From contig CAVYTU010000008.1 in assembly GCA_963771465.1 (NCBI GenBank), positions 64,001 through 128,000 of the forward strand: DNA of 64,000 bases, given 5' to 3'. Made by a program: the position numbers and the translations under genes. The notes beneath the pieces were generated by a model. The model did no database searches. It was not told the origin of the DNA and saw only the letters and a list, made by a program, of their open reading frames with translations. This document shows, piece by piece, positions 38,879-47,778 of this stretch. The stretch is from an uncultured delta proteobacterium. Its GTDB lineage: Bacteria; Desulfobacterota; Binatia; UBA9968. Numbering within the stretch: the first letter of the stretch is position 1; each line of letters starts with the position of its first letter.

Positions 38879-38936
38879 GCCTAACCTTTCGCTTCAGACC
38901 GATCGCTGACAGCGTCGGCTGAGCTTCGCGTTTCGG
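38879..38936 (+). mobile_element. attC site 2
   Basis: GCCTAAC-CTTTC-GCT(T)CAG-A-CCGA-T-CGCT-GAC-AGCG-TCGG-CTGAGC-TTCGC-GTT: canonical spacing with extrahelical bases. Confidence 0.8.
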
Positions 38937-38948
38937 CGGCAATCACGC

Positions 38949-39164
38949 ATGGCTCAAATAACTTTCCTTGCCACCAATCAGGACTGCTAAACCATATGGA
39001 ACATCATTCTCATCGAGATGGGTTTGATGGCGGCTGCCACGGGAGAGCGGGCAATCGCAATGAGAAATGCCTTAGAAATGCACCAGGAAGGCGTGATCCT
39101 ACGGGCCGGTGAGATAATCTATTCCCCGATCACGAGCAGCCACCGAAACAGGCGTTGCACTTGA
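38949..39164 (+). pseudogene. Degenerate cassette ORF (MAQITFLATNQDC*TIWNII...)
   Basis: ATG 19 nt after the core GTT; internal TAA; reading frame ends within the next attC. Confidence 0.4.
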
Positions 39165-39239
39165 CCGGGCCGGCATCACGGGTTTCCGTGACATCAAGTT
39201 CCTTGCAGCCGGCCCGCCAAGTGAACTGTGTCGTCGGGC
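39143..39239 (+). mobile_element. attC site 3 (long variable terminal structure)
   Basis: CCGAAAC-AGGC-GTT(G)CACTTG-AC-CGGGCCGGC...GCCGGCCCG-C-CAAGTGAAC-TGTGTC-GTCGGGC. Confidence 0.8.
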
Positions 39240-39254
39240 TCACTCAACTCATTC

Positions 39255-40253
39255 TCACTTCCACAGCTTCTGAATAAACCCTTCCTTCTCCAGCTCGGCG
39301 AAGAAACGTCCGTCGATGAACTGTTCCGGCTTCAGATTGGCGGCGCGCGGGTCGGTTTCGGCCATCTGGTCGAGGACCGTTTTTATCGGCTCCGGCGTTG
39401 GCCGCGGGATCCTTGGGATATTCTGAACGATGTACAGATCGTAGAGATCGTTGACCAACGCCAAGTCATTATTGCGCATGTACTTGCTCATAACCTGGAC
39501 ACTGACGGCGCGTTGCGTCTTGGCAAAGTGGACACCGTCGGCGTAAGCGCGGATGAATTTTCTGACGGTGTTTTCATTGCGCTTGATGTAGGAACGAGTG
39601 GTGACGATCGACGAGGTGGGAAAGCTAAGTCCCATCTTGGAAATATCGGCAACATCGCGAAACCCGTCCCGCCGCGCTAGGATGGCGAGCTCGGCGTTGA
39701 TCACACCGGCATCGACGGCGCCGGTTCGCAGCGCCGCCAAGATGTCGGTCACGCCGCCGATCTGGATCACGGCGAAATCCCGTTGCCGTTTGATCGGCCA
39801 TTGGCTCTCTGCGAAGCGCAAACCGAAATCCGTCGCTGAGCCAAAGCGCGAGATGCCGATCTTTTTGCCTTTCAAATCTTCCACGCTGCGGATTTCGGGC
39901 TTGGCCATCACGACGAAGGTAAAGACATTCAACGAGCTGGCGATAATGACCAGATCACCGCCTGCCAGATTGGCGTTGACGACCGCGCCGCCGGTAAAAG
40001 TCCCGATCGGCACTTCGCCCGACTGCACCACTTGCGCCGCGCGTCCGCCACCGCCAACGTAAAGTAATTCGACGTCCAAACCATGCTTGCGGAAAACTCC
40101 CGCCTCGTGGGGAATCCAAAACGACGCCTGAGAGCCGGCGATGGCGCTGTAAGTCAAGCGCAGCTTTTCCAGCGGCGCCTGCGCATGGCAATTGAACGTC
40201 ACAGCGCAGTAAGCCAATAAGCTGGCGGAGAGAACGAAAACCAATCGTCTCAT
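39255..40253 (-). CDS. NMT1/THI5-like ABC substrate-binding protein
   Basis: Signal peptide; GVFRKHGLDVEL, DLKGKKIGISRFGS, LEKEGFIQKLW. Confidence 0.85.
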   Translation of the reverse strand: MRRLVFVLSASLLAYCAVTFNCHAQAPLEKLRLTYSAIAGSQASFWIPHEAGVFRKHGLDVELLYVGGGGRAAQVVQSGEVPIGTFTGGAVVNANLAGGDLVIIASSLNVFTFVVMAKPEIRSVEDLKGKKIGISRFGSATDFGLRFAESQWPIKRQRDFAVIQIGGVTDILAALRTGAVDAGVINAELAILARRDGFRDVADISKMGLSFPTSSIVTTRSYIKRNENTVRKFIRAYADGVHFAKTQRAVSVQVMSKYMRNNDLALVNDLYDLYIVQNIPRIPRPTPEPIKTVLDQMAETDPRAANLKPEQFIDGRFFAELEKEGFIQKLWK

Positions 40254-40364
40254 GATGTCCTCGATAGCGTAATCACCGCTCGGAGACAATCGGCCCCTCA
40301 GCCAGGGCAACGTCAAAGTCAGTTTCTCCGTGGTGAATGGTCTTCACAAGTCCGGGTTGTCCGA

Positions 40365-40438
40365 AAATCCCCCTTCCCCCTTTTTCAAAGGGGGAATTCA
40401 AAGTCTCCCTTTGCAAAGGGAGATTTAGAGGGATTTTT
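40365..40438. repeat. REP-like double hairpin (CCCCCTTT..AAAGGGGG; CTCCCTTT..AAAGGGAG)
   Basis: Two adjacent palindromes flanked by AATCCC / GGGATT. Confidence 0.65.
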
Positions 40439-40500
40439 CAACCCTGCCCAACGCGACTTTGACGAGGTCATGCGACCTCGGCAATCAGCGCCTAGACAGT

Positions 40501-41172
40501 TTATTTTTGCCGCGCGGCAGCGGCGCGCGCCAGAATGAGCTCCAGCGGTTCGTCGCTGAGCGACTCCATGCGATGATCGGCGTGATCGAGGGGCATGCGG
40601 CAAGTCACGAGGTTGGGCACGGCGACGCAGAAAATTCCCGCGGCTTGCGCGGCGATCACGCCGTTGGGCGAATCTTCGAACGCGACAGCCTCATGCGCTG
40701 CGACACCCAAGTCGTCGAGCACCGCGCGATACGGACCGGGTTCGGGTTTATGCGTTTCGGTGTCTTCGAAGCACTTGGTCGAGTGAAAGTAGTCGAGCAG
40801 TTTAAGCCGCGCCAAGTGGCCACGCACATGAGCACCAGACGAGCTCGACGCTATGCCTATTTTCAATGCCATCGCCGCAGCGCTGCGTAAATAATCGTGC
40901 ACACCCGGCAACACCGGTTGCGCCTCCGTCAACGCGACGACCCGCGCACGCCGTGTTAAGCGCAGCGCGTCGATGTCGACGGCAGGATTAATATTTTGGT
41001 GGAAATAACTGTAAAGATCGAAATGGTTGGCTGGCCGGCCGACCAAATCGGCCCACAGATCGAAGCCCAACTCCCGGCCATGCTCGGCAAAAACTTCTTG
41101 CCAAACTTGCAGCTCAGGACTCTCGCTGTCGATGATGATGCCATCGAAATCAAAGATCAGCGCTTTGATCAT
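40501..41172 (-). CDS. HAD-IA family hydrolase/phosphatase
   Basis: IFDFDGIIID, ASSS, KPEP, FEDSPNG. Confidence 0.9.
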   Translation of the reverse strand: MIKALIFDFDGIIIDSESPELQVWQEVFAEHGRELGFDLWADLVGRPANHFDLYSYFHQNINPAVDIDALRLTRRARVVALTEAQPVLPGVHDYLRSAAAMALKIGIASSSSGAHVRGHLARLKLLDYFHSTKCFEDTETHKPEPGPYRAVLDDLGVAAHEAVAFEDSPNGVIAAQAAGIFCVAVPNLVTCRMPLDHADHRMESLSDEPLELILARAAAARQK

Positions 41173-41214
41173 TTATTTTGCACCGGCATCAAAGTCTGGC
41201 AACGGCGCATGCAG

Positions 41215-41306
41215 AAATGGAGAATTGATAATGGAGAATGCAAGAACGAGCGATGAATCGCATTTCCAACAAATCATTATCCATTCTCCATTCTCAATTT
41301 TCCATT
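41215..41306. repeat. Heptamer-periodic inverted repeat, copy 3
   Basis: AATGGAGAATTGATAATGGAGAATG ... CATTATCCATTCTCCATTCTCAATTTTCCATT. Confidence 0.75.
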
Positions 41307-41362
41307 GCTTTGCCTTCGTTCCGGAGGGCTGCACCTCGATCGCTTGCCGCGAATAATCCCGG

Positions 41363-41755
41363 CTAGGCCCCCAGCGTCATCATCGCGCGCGCAGCCTTGC
41401 GCGCGGCGACCTTTTGAACTAGGTCGCTAAACGTCGTGTTGGGATCACACTTGACGTCGAAAGCGACCAGGAAGAGCGTGATTAAATCCCTCGCATAAAT
41501 CCCGTTTTCCGCCCACTCGGCAATCTGGCTCAAATTGTGCTGCGGTTTGAGCTGCTTGATTTTCATGCCGACGATTTCCGCCAGTCCGGCGGCGATTTGT
41601 TGGGCAACAACGCGGTGTTCCGGCGGAAAGTCCAAGCGGATAAAGGCGACTTCCAACTCCCAGTCCACTCCTTTGGGCTTAGAGCGGACAATCCCCCGGC
41701 CAAAGGTCATCAGTAGCAGAATTACGGCGAGCACTAAGTAAATCGACGCGTTCAT
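41363..41755 (-). CDS. Hypothetical protein with an N-terminal membrane anchor
   Basis: 130 aa ORF co-oriented with its neighbours; hydrophobic N-terminus. Confidence 0.6.
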   Translation of the reverse strand: MNASIYLVLAVILLLMTFGRGIVRSKPKGVDWELEVAFIRLDFPPEHRVVAQQIAAGLAEIVGMKIKQLKPQHNLSQIAEWAENGIYARDLITLFLVAFDVKCDPNTTFSDLVQKVAARKAARAMMTLGA

Positions 41756-41776
41756 AGACTGTAAAATAAATTTGGT

Positions 41777-42783
41777 TTAGCGATCGTTCACCAGCACGGC
41801 GCGATAACGGAGCTGGTTTTTGCGCAGACGCCCATCGCCGCGTTAGCGTCCGTCATGGAAAAAGATTCGACCAGCGGAGAAATTTTATGTTCGGCGGAAA
41901 AATCGAGCATCGCGGCAAGCTCGGCGTTGGACCCGATGGCACTGCCGCCAATTGATTTCTGCGCTTCGATCAGCGGGAAGACCAGTACGCGCAATTCGCC
42001 CGGCGAAGCGCCGACGAGACAAAGATGACCGTTGGGCTTGAGCAAATTTAGGTATTCGACCCAGGGCAAATCTGCCGAGACGGTCGATAAAACGAAATCG
42101 CAACTGCTCGCCTCACCATTCAGCGCTCCGAGCGCGCTGGTATCGACAAACCGGTCGGCGCCGAAGCCGCGGGCTTCCTCTTGCTTATTCATCGACGTCG
42201 AAAATGCCGTCACCGAATAGCCCATCGCCCGGGCGAATTGGAGCGCGAGATGGCCGAGACCGCCGACACCGACTATACCGACGCGAGCTTTTGCGTTAAG
42301 CCGCTGGCGTCTCAGCGGCGCAAAAACGGTGATGCCGGCGCACAGCAACGGCGCCGCATGTTCTGACTTCAATTCCTCAGGAAGGGCCAGCGCGAAACGG
42401 GCGTCGACAATCACGGATGAAGCGTAACCGCCGTGGCGTCCGATGCAGGTCGGCTGGGCCTGCCGGCAAAGATTCTCGTTACCGTTCAAACACTGCTCGC
42501 AAGCCATACACGAGCCCGCCAACCAGCCGACGCCGACTCTTTGCCCGATGCGAAGATGGCGAACCGCGTTACCAATTCCCGTGATCGTACCGACGATTTC
42601 ATGGCCGGGGACCAACGGATAAGCCGACACGCCCCAGTCGTTATCGATCAAATGCAAATCCGAATGGCAGACGCCGCAGTGCGAAATCTCAATTTCGACT
42701 GACATCGACCCAAGCTCATTGGGCGCGTATTGAAACGGTTCGAGGGCGGCTCCGGCGCGCATGGCCGCATAAGCGTTAATCAT
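41777..42783 (-). CDS. Zn-dependent NADPH aldehyde reductase/alcohol dehydrogenase (Ahr/CAD family); apparent 1-nt deletion near the C-terminus
   Basis: CGVCHSD, PGHEIVG, APLLCAGITV, GVGGLGH; expected tail RLRKNQLRYRAVLV appears in a shifted frame after GGG at 41831-41833. Confidence 0.85.
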
Positions 42784-42826
42784 GTTTTGGGCCTGGTTTC
42801 GATGAGCCAACGTCGAGGAATGTCAT

Positions 42827-43465
42827 TTATCGACCGCTGCGCTCGCGCACCAACTCCGTCATTGCCAAACTATCGGCATCGCTGAGCTCGCTCAATCCAT
42901 TGACGACACCGGCGCGATCTGCCGCCGGACGATTTTGACTGGCTTTCCACTTACCGTGCAATTTGCTGATGGTAATTTCAATGCCAACAATGGCGTGCAG
43001 TTGTTTTTCAATGAACCCAGGGGGTGCGTCGGTCACTTTCCAAGGATCGCTCCGCGCGCCTTCGAACCGCTCGGTCAATCGGCTCACCAAGCCGCGCAGC
43101 CAATCGGGATCGTCGATAATATTTAGCCGGCCGTAGGCGTGCACGACGGCATAATTGTAAGTCGGCACAACTTCGCCCGTGGTCTGTTTGGTCGGATACC
43201 ACGACGGCGAAACATAAGTTGACGGGCCGTGAAAAATGACCAGCGTGTCGATCTCAGAGGAGAAATCGCGCCACACCGGATTGGCGCGCGCCACGTGACC
43301 GCGCAGCGTGCCGAGTGGCGCCGGCTGCGGCGCAAGTTCAATCGGAATGTGATTGGCGTTTAAGCCATCCGACCCGAGCGTCACCATCGTCGCCAACGGC
43401 CGCTCGCAAATCAGTCGGTGCAGTATCTCGATGCGGGTTTCTTCGAAATGTCCAGGCAAATACAT
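42827..43465 (-). CDS. PaiB-like FMN-binding negative transcriptional regulator
   Basis: MYLPGHF, LRGHVARANP, YVSPSWY, VPTYNY, GKWKASQNR. Confidence 0.9.
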   Translation of the reverse strand: MYLPGHFEETRIEILHRLICERPLATMVTLGSDGLNANHIPIELAPQPAPLGTLRGHVARANPVWRDFSSEIDTLVIFHGPSTYVSPSWYPTKQTTGEVVPTYNYAVVHAYGRLNIIDDPDWLRGLVSRLTERFEGARSDPWKVTDAPPGFIEKQLHAIVGIEITISKLHGKWKASQNRPAADRAGVVNGLSELSDADSLAMTELVRERSGR

Positions 43466-43495
43466 TGAAACGGGGATCAGCTGCGCTCGATAAAA

Positions 43496-44704
43496 TCACC
43501 ATCGTCCGCGGCCCGGGCCGTAGGCGCGTTGCCGGCCGGCGCGGCTACCGAAGGTCGGTTTAGGATTGGGGTCGAGCAGTCGGCAATAGGCGTAGTTGAA
43601 ATCATCCAGCTTTACGCGGGGAATTTTTTGGCCGATGAAATGCTCGATGGATGCCACTTCCTGGACATCTTCGGCGGTCATGATCGTAAACGCGTCGCCG
43701 ACGCTCTGGGCCCGACCGGTGCGGCCAATGCGATGGACATAATCTTCCGGATGGTGCGGCACGTCGAAATTGATCACATGGCTGATCTGCTGAACATCGA
43801 TACCGCGCGCGGCGATATCAGTGGCGACCATAACTTCGTAGCGGCCGTTGCGAAAACCGTTGAGCGCCTGCTCGCGCTCGCGCTGCGTACGGTTGGAATG
43901 GAGCACGGCGACCGAGTGGCCTTGATTCTGTAAATGGCGCGCGACCCGGTCGGCGCCATTCTTGGTCCGGCAAAAAATCAAAACTTGATCATAATCGGTG
44001 CGGCGCAACAGTTCTTCGAGCAAGCCTTGCTTTTGGCCGACATCGACCGGATATAGCGCATGGGTGACGGTCTCAGCCGGCATGCGGCGCTGGCCGATCT
44101 CGATGGTTTGCGGATTGTGCAGCGCCCAGCGGCATAACTGCTCGATCTCCGGCGGCACCGTCGCCGAGAACAGCATCGTTTGGCGCGTCTTCGGACAGCG
44201 CTCAAGAATCCTGCGCACGTCGGGCATAAAACCCATGTCCAACATTCGGTCCGCTTCATCGAGGATAAGTATCTCGATATCGCCCAGCTTGACCATTTTG
44301 CGTTGTATCTGGTCGAGCAAGCGGCCCGGTGTCGCGACTAAAATATCCACACCCTGGCGCAAGGCTTGATCCTGCCGGCCATAGCCGGTGCCGCCAAACA
44401 CCACCACCGTGCGCAGATCGGTAAAGCGCGCGTAATCGCGCACCGCGGTTTCAACCTGCGCCGCCAGCTCGCGCGTCGGCTCGAGCACCAGCGCGCGTAG
44501 TTTGCCGCGTTGGCCCAAGCGCGTGATGACCGGCAGCGCAAAGGCAGCGGTCTTGCCCGTGCCGGTCTGCGCCGAGCCGATAATATCGCGGCCTTCGAGA
44601 ATTAGCGGGATCGCGCGTAGCTGAATCGGGGTTGGATCGGTATAACCGGCGGCGCGTACGCCTTCCAAGACTTTAGGAGACAATCCGAGTGTAGAAAATG
44701 GCAC
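43496..44704 (-). CDS. DEAD-box ATP-dependent RNA helicase (RhlE-like)
   Basis: AQTGTGKT, PTRELA, TPGRL, DEAD, SAT, HRIGRTGR. Confidence 0.95.
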   Translation of the reverse strand: MPFSTLGLSPKVLEGVRAAGYTDPTPIQLRAIPLILEGRDIIGSAQTGTGKTAAFALPVITRLGQRGKLRALVLEPTRELAAQVETAVRDYARFTDLRTVVVFGGTGYGRQDQALRQGVDILVATPGRLLDQIQRKMVKLGDIEILILDEADRMLDMGFMPDVRRILERCPKTRQTMLFSATVPPEIEQLCRWALHNPQTIEIGQRRMPAETVTHALYPVDVGQKQGLLEELLRRTDYDQVLIFCRTKNGADRVARHLQNQGHSVAVLHSNRTQREREQALNGFRNGRYEVMVATDIAARGIDVQQISHVINFDVPHHPEDYVHRIGRTGRAQSVGDAFTIMTAEDVQEVASIEHFIGQKIPRVKLDDFNYAYCRLLDPNPKPTFGSRAGRQRAYGPGRGRW

Positions 44705-44823
44705 GCTTAGTTATAGGCATAAGACGCTGCGCTTCTCAATCGACGAGCGAAAGCAGCGCAAACCGTGGGCGTATGTGACCGTGGCGCGAGCGCAAAAGAT
44801 CCAATTCCGTCGCCGCCGCTCGA

Positions 44824-45369
44824 TTAAAACGCCGCCGCGGCCAGCGCCGTGCGAATGAATTCGCGTTTGGCCTGGGAGTATTGGGTGTTTTTACAGATGC
44901 CGCGTGAAAGTATTACGCGTTTTTGCATTTCGTAGGCCCGGCGCAATCCCACGTTGCTGCGCAGTAGATCGCGAAACTTGACGATATCACTCGCTTCTGC
45001 GCAACCATCCTCAAGCACATGCACGTGCACCCGATAGTCTCGGCCGAGATACTCCACGGTGGCGACTCGTAACGGCCGGTTTTCCGGTAAAGACTCGGGA
45101 CCACTCTGCTGCTGAAAACCCAGATCATCTAAAATCTCATGAGCCTCAACGAGTCGACCGACCGGGTATAATAAAATCAGATCGACAACCCCCTTGCCGC
45201 AGCAGCCGGGCACAGCCGTGCTGCCAACATGCTCCACGCAAAACTTGGCATCGGCCGCAAGGATCATTTGCGCCACGCTGTCAGCGACCCGGGGCGATTC
45301 GTGATCGTATGGAAGATATTCAGCCGGTCGATACATATATTTGCCAATCTTGCTGATCTCTGTCGACAT
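44824..45369 (-). CDS. GrpB family protein
   Basis: VEHVGSTAVPG..GKGVVD, HVHV, FRDLLR, YSQAK motifs. Confidence 0.85.
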   Translation of the reverse strand: MSTEISKIGKYMYRPAEYLPYDHESPRVADSVAQMILAADAKFCVEHVGSTAVPGCCGKGVVDLILLYPVGRLVEAHEILDDLGFQQQSGPESLPENRPLRVATVEYLGRDYRVHVHVLEDGCAEASDIVKFRDLLRSNVGLRRAYEMQKRVILSRGICKNTQYSQAKREFIRTALAAAAF

Positions 45370-45506
45370 CCCGCAAAACCCCCACCCTGTGAAAAATTGA
45401 TCATGTCAAAATAGCCGATCTCGACAACGCCTTCGGTTTGATCGCAACGGCGCGCACACTTGCTGTCGGTCAACGGCATTACTGCAAATTCGATTTTGCT
45501 AATACC

Positions 45507-45521
45507 GCAATCGTGGTGCCA
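45507..45521 (-). promoter_or_regulatory. Putative sigma-54 promoter
   Basis: Minus strand TGGCAC-CACGA-TTGC upstream of the GrpB gene. Confidence 0.6.
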
Positions 45522-45816
45522 ACCGCGTTGCCTGGTGCAGTGGCGGAACAACTACGGCGAACGCAAAAATAGTCTAGGAACTTTGAAGAGTTGGCCTACG
45601 GCTACAAAAACCACCAGGCGCTGGTGCAACACTTGGATACAATCACTGTAAACGCTGGGATACAGGAGGAGTGAGCCGACCTATTGGGTTTACTCCTCGG
45701 CGACTTTAACGTCACTGGCAAGCGACATAATCCGTCACTTATACCGGATTGCGTAGTCGGAGCAATTCTGTAGGCCACGTAAGGCACGAGCCCGCAGTCG
45801 GGAAGACACTCAACGG

Positions 45817-45960
45817 TGTGCTGAAATCCTACACGCCGGGCTGCATGATGCCCAAAGTCTTCTTCGAACCGTCGCCATACAGCACCGTGCGGCTAACCAC
45901 TTTACCATCAAAAAAGACGTTCGCTTCCTTTACCACGGTGACGTTGCGCGATTCAGACAT
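45817..45960 (-). pseudogene. ppnP: Truncated pyrimidine/purine nucleoside phosphorylase (PpnP/DUF1255) remnant
   Basis: [47 protein letters not shown]; TAG at 45829-45831 and similarity lost about 4 codons later. Confidence 0.75.
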
Positions 45961-45976
45961 GAAGTTTCCTTATCTC

Positions 45977-46408
45977 TCACAATCTCAATTCGCCTGCGCC
46001 GGCTTTCGTTCGTTTCCGTAGCGTCATCATAAAACCCGCTTTGTCCGCTGGCGAAATCATCAGTTCGGCGCCGCCGCCGTAACGGATCAGCAGCCTGTCC
46101 AACGACAACGCCGGGCTCGACATTGGATTACGCGTCGGCTCAATTTCATAGATATCGCGAAGCGGGATCGACCAGGAAAACGGCCCTGACTTTACCAAAA
46201 GAAATTCTTCGGTAAGCGTGTAGCGCGTGCTCAGGTAAAGCCAGAGAAATATGGCCAGGACGACGGCAACGATCAGCACAGCCACTAAAGTTGCGGTGCG
46301 ATCGTCGACACCGCTCCCGTCCAAGAGAAATTCCAGCGCTAATATTGGCACGCCAACGAGCGCCAGAATCAACCAAAAATCTACTTTAGAACGAAACGCC
46401 TGTTCCAT
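45977..46408 (-). CDS. Bacterial PH-domain membrane protein
   Basis: FRSKVDFW, two TMs, TRY, SSPALSLDRLLIRY, ISPADK. Confidence 0.8.
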   Translation of the reverse strand: MEQAFRSKVDFWLILALVGVPILALEFLLDGSGVDDRTATLVAVLIVAVVLAIFLWLYLSTRYTLTEEFLLVKSGPFSWSIPLRDIYEIEPTRNPMSSPALSLDRLLIRYGGGAELMISPADKAGFMMTLRKRTKAGAGELRL

Positions 46409-46487
46409 TGTCGAATCCTCGTGTCTTACTGTTGCCCGATCTCGACCAACATTCCAAGTGGATAACAATGTCCCGGAAGTTAAATTC

Positions 46488-47708
46488 CTATGCCGGCACC
46501 CCTCTCGGCTCAAGACGCGGTTCGCGAATCGGTAAATTCAACAATGCCGCGATCGCCGCAAAGAGCGCATCGGCGTACCACATCCAGAGATAGTTGCCGT
46601 AATAACTGAAAGCCAAACCCCCTAGCCAGGCGCCAAAAAAGCCGCCGATCTGATGCGACAGCATGGTCAAACCGTAAAGCGTCGCGAGATAACGCGTGCC
46701 GAATAATTTTCCCACCACGCCGGCGGTCGGCGGCGCGGTGCCGAGCCAAGAGAACCCTAAGCCGATAGCCATGAGATAAAACGTCCATTCGGATTTCGGC
46801 GCGGCGAGATAAAGTAGAATGAGGATAGTGCGCGAGCCGTACATGCCGAACAGTATGTATTTGCCGCGATAATGATTGAGCAGCCAGCCGGCGGCAAAAC
46901 TGCCGGCGATATTCGCCAGACCGATGATCGCCAGCGACCAACTCGCCACCGAAGCGGGCAAGCCGCACAGATCGACTTCTCCCGGCAAATGAGTGACGAG
47001 AAAGGCGATATGAAAGCCGCAGGTGAGAAAACTGCCGTGCAGCAATAGATAACTCGAATTACCGAAGGCAGTGCGCAGCGCCGTGCGCATGGTGCCGTCA
47101 CGACCCGTAATGCCGAGCACACCGCCTTGACCAACGGGACCGGCGATGGATTTCACCAGCGGCAAAGCTAACAGCGCAATCGCACCGAGCGACCACATGG
47201 CGCCCGTCCAGCCCCAGAGTGTAATCATTTTCTGCACGATCGGTGCGAAGAGAAATTGACCGAAGGAGCCGCCACCGGTCAGCAGTCCTGACGCTAGCGC
47301 GCGCTCTCTGGGGTCCAAACGCTGCGCCAACGCGCCGATCAATATCGAAAAACTTCCAGCGCCGGACCCCACCGCGGTGATAATGCCGATCGTAACGACG
47401 AAGCCAATGCTACTGGCAAAAAACGGCGTCACTGCCGTACCGACCGCAAGCAGCAAGACGCCGCCGATCAGCACAGGAGTGAAACCGAATCGATCCGCAC
47501 ATGCACCCGCAATCGGCTGCGCCAACCCCCACATAAACTGCCCCACAGCCATGGCGAAGCTAATTGTGACGATGCTCACACCCGTCGAGCCGCTGATCGG
47601 AAACACGAACAACCCCTGCGCCTGGCGCGCCCCCATCGTGATCATGAGCATCACTGCCGCAGCAAGCGTGATGAAGAGCCAAGCGTTGTCCTTGTTAGAG
47701 TGATTCAT
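46488..47708 (-). CDS. MFS transporter
   Basis: QPIAGACADRFG, CGFHIAFLVTHLP, LSHQIGGFFGAWLGG. Confidence 0.88.
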   Translation of the reverse strand: MNHSNKDNAWLFITLAAAVMLMITMGARQAQGLFVFPISGSTGVSIVTISFAMAVGQFMWGLAQPIAGACADRFGFTPVLIGGVLLLAVGTAVTPFFASSIGFVVTIGIITAVGSGAGSFSILIGALAQRLDPRERALASGLLTGGGSFGQFLFAPIVQKMITLWGWTGAMWSLGAIALLALPLVKSIAGPVGQGGVLGITGRDGTMRTALRTAFGNSSYLLLHGSFLTCGFHIAFLVTHLPGEVDLCGLPASVASWSLAIIGLANIAGSFAAGWLLNHYRGKYILFGMYGSRTILILLYLAAPKSEWTFYLMAIGLGFSWLGTAPPTAGVVGKLFGTRYLATLYGLTMLSHQIGGFFGAWLGGLAFSYYGNYLWMWYADALFAAIAALLNLPIREPRLEPRGVPA

Positions 47709-47778
47709 GGTTCTCAACAAAATAGTTTCGGCGCGTTAACTTTGCGGTAGACAATCCCTATATCGATCATGCTCGTGA

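Larger units (their letters stand above)
37368..39239 (+). mobile_element. Integron gene-cassette array without nearby integrase (CALIN), three cassettes
   Basis: Core site GTTAGGC at 37368; three attC-like imperfect palindromes; cassette starts complementary to their own R'' sites (GTTAGGC/GCCTAAC; GTTTCGG/CCGAAAC). Confidence 0.75.

Noticed and set aside
45829-45831. TAG in ppnP as pyrrolysine or readthrough
   Set aside because: It aligns to a Tyr codon (one substitution away) and homology ends four codons later, so decay is the simpler explanation.
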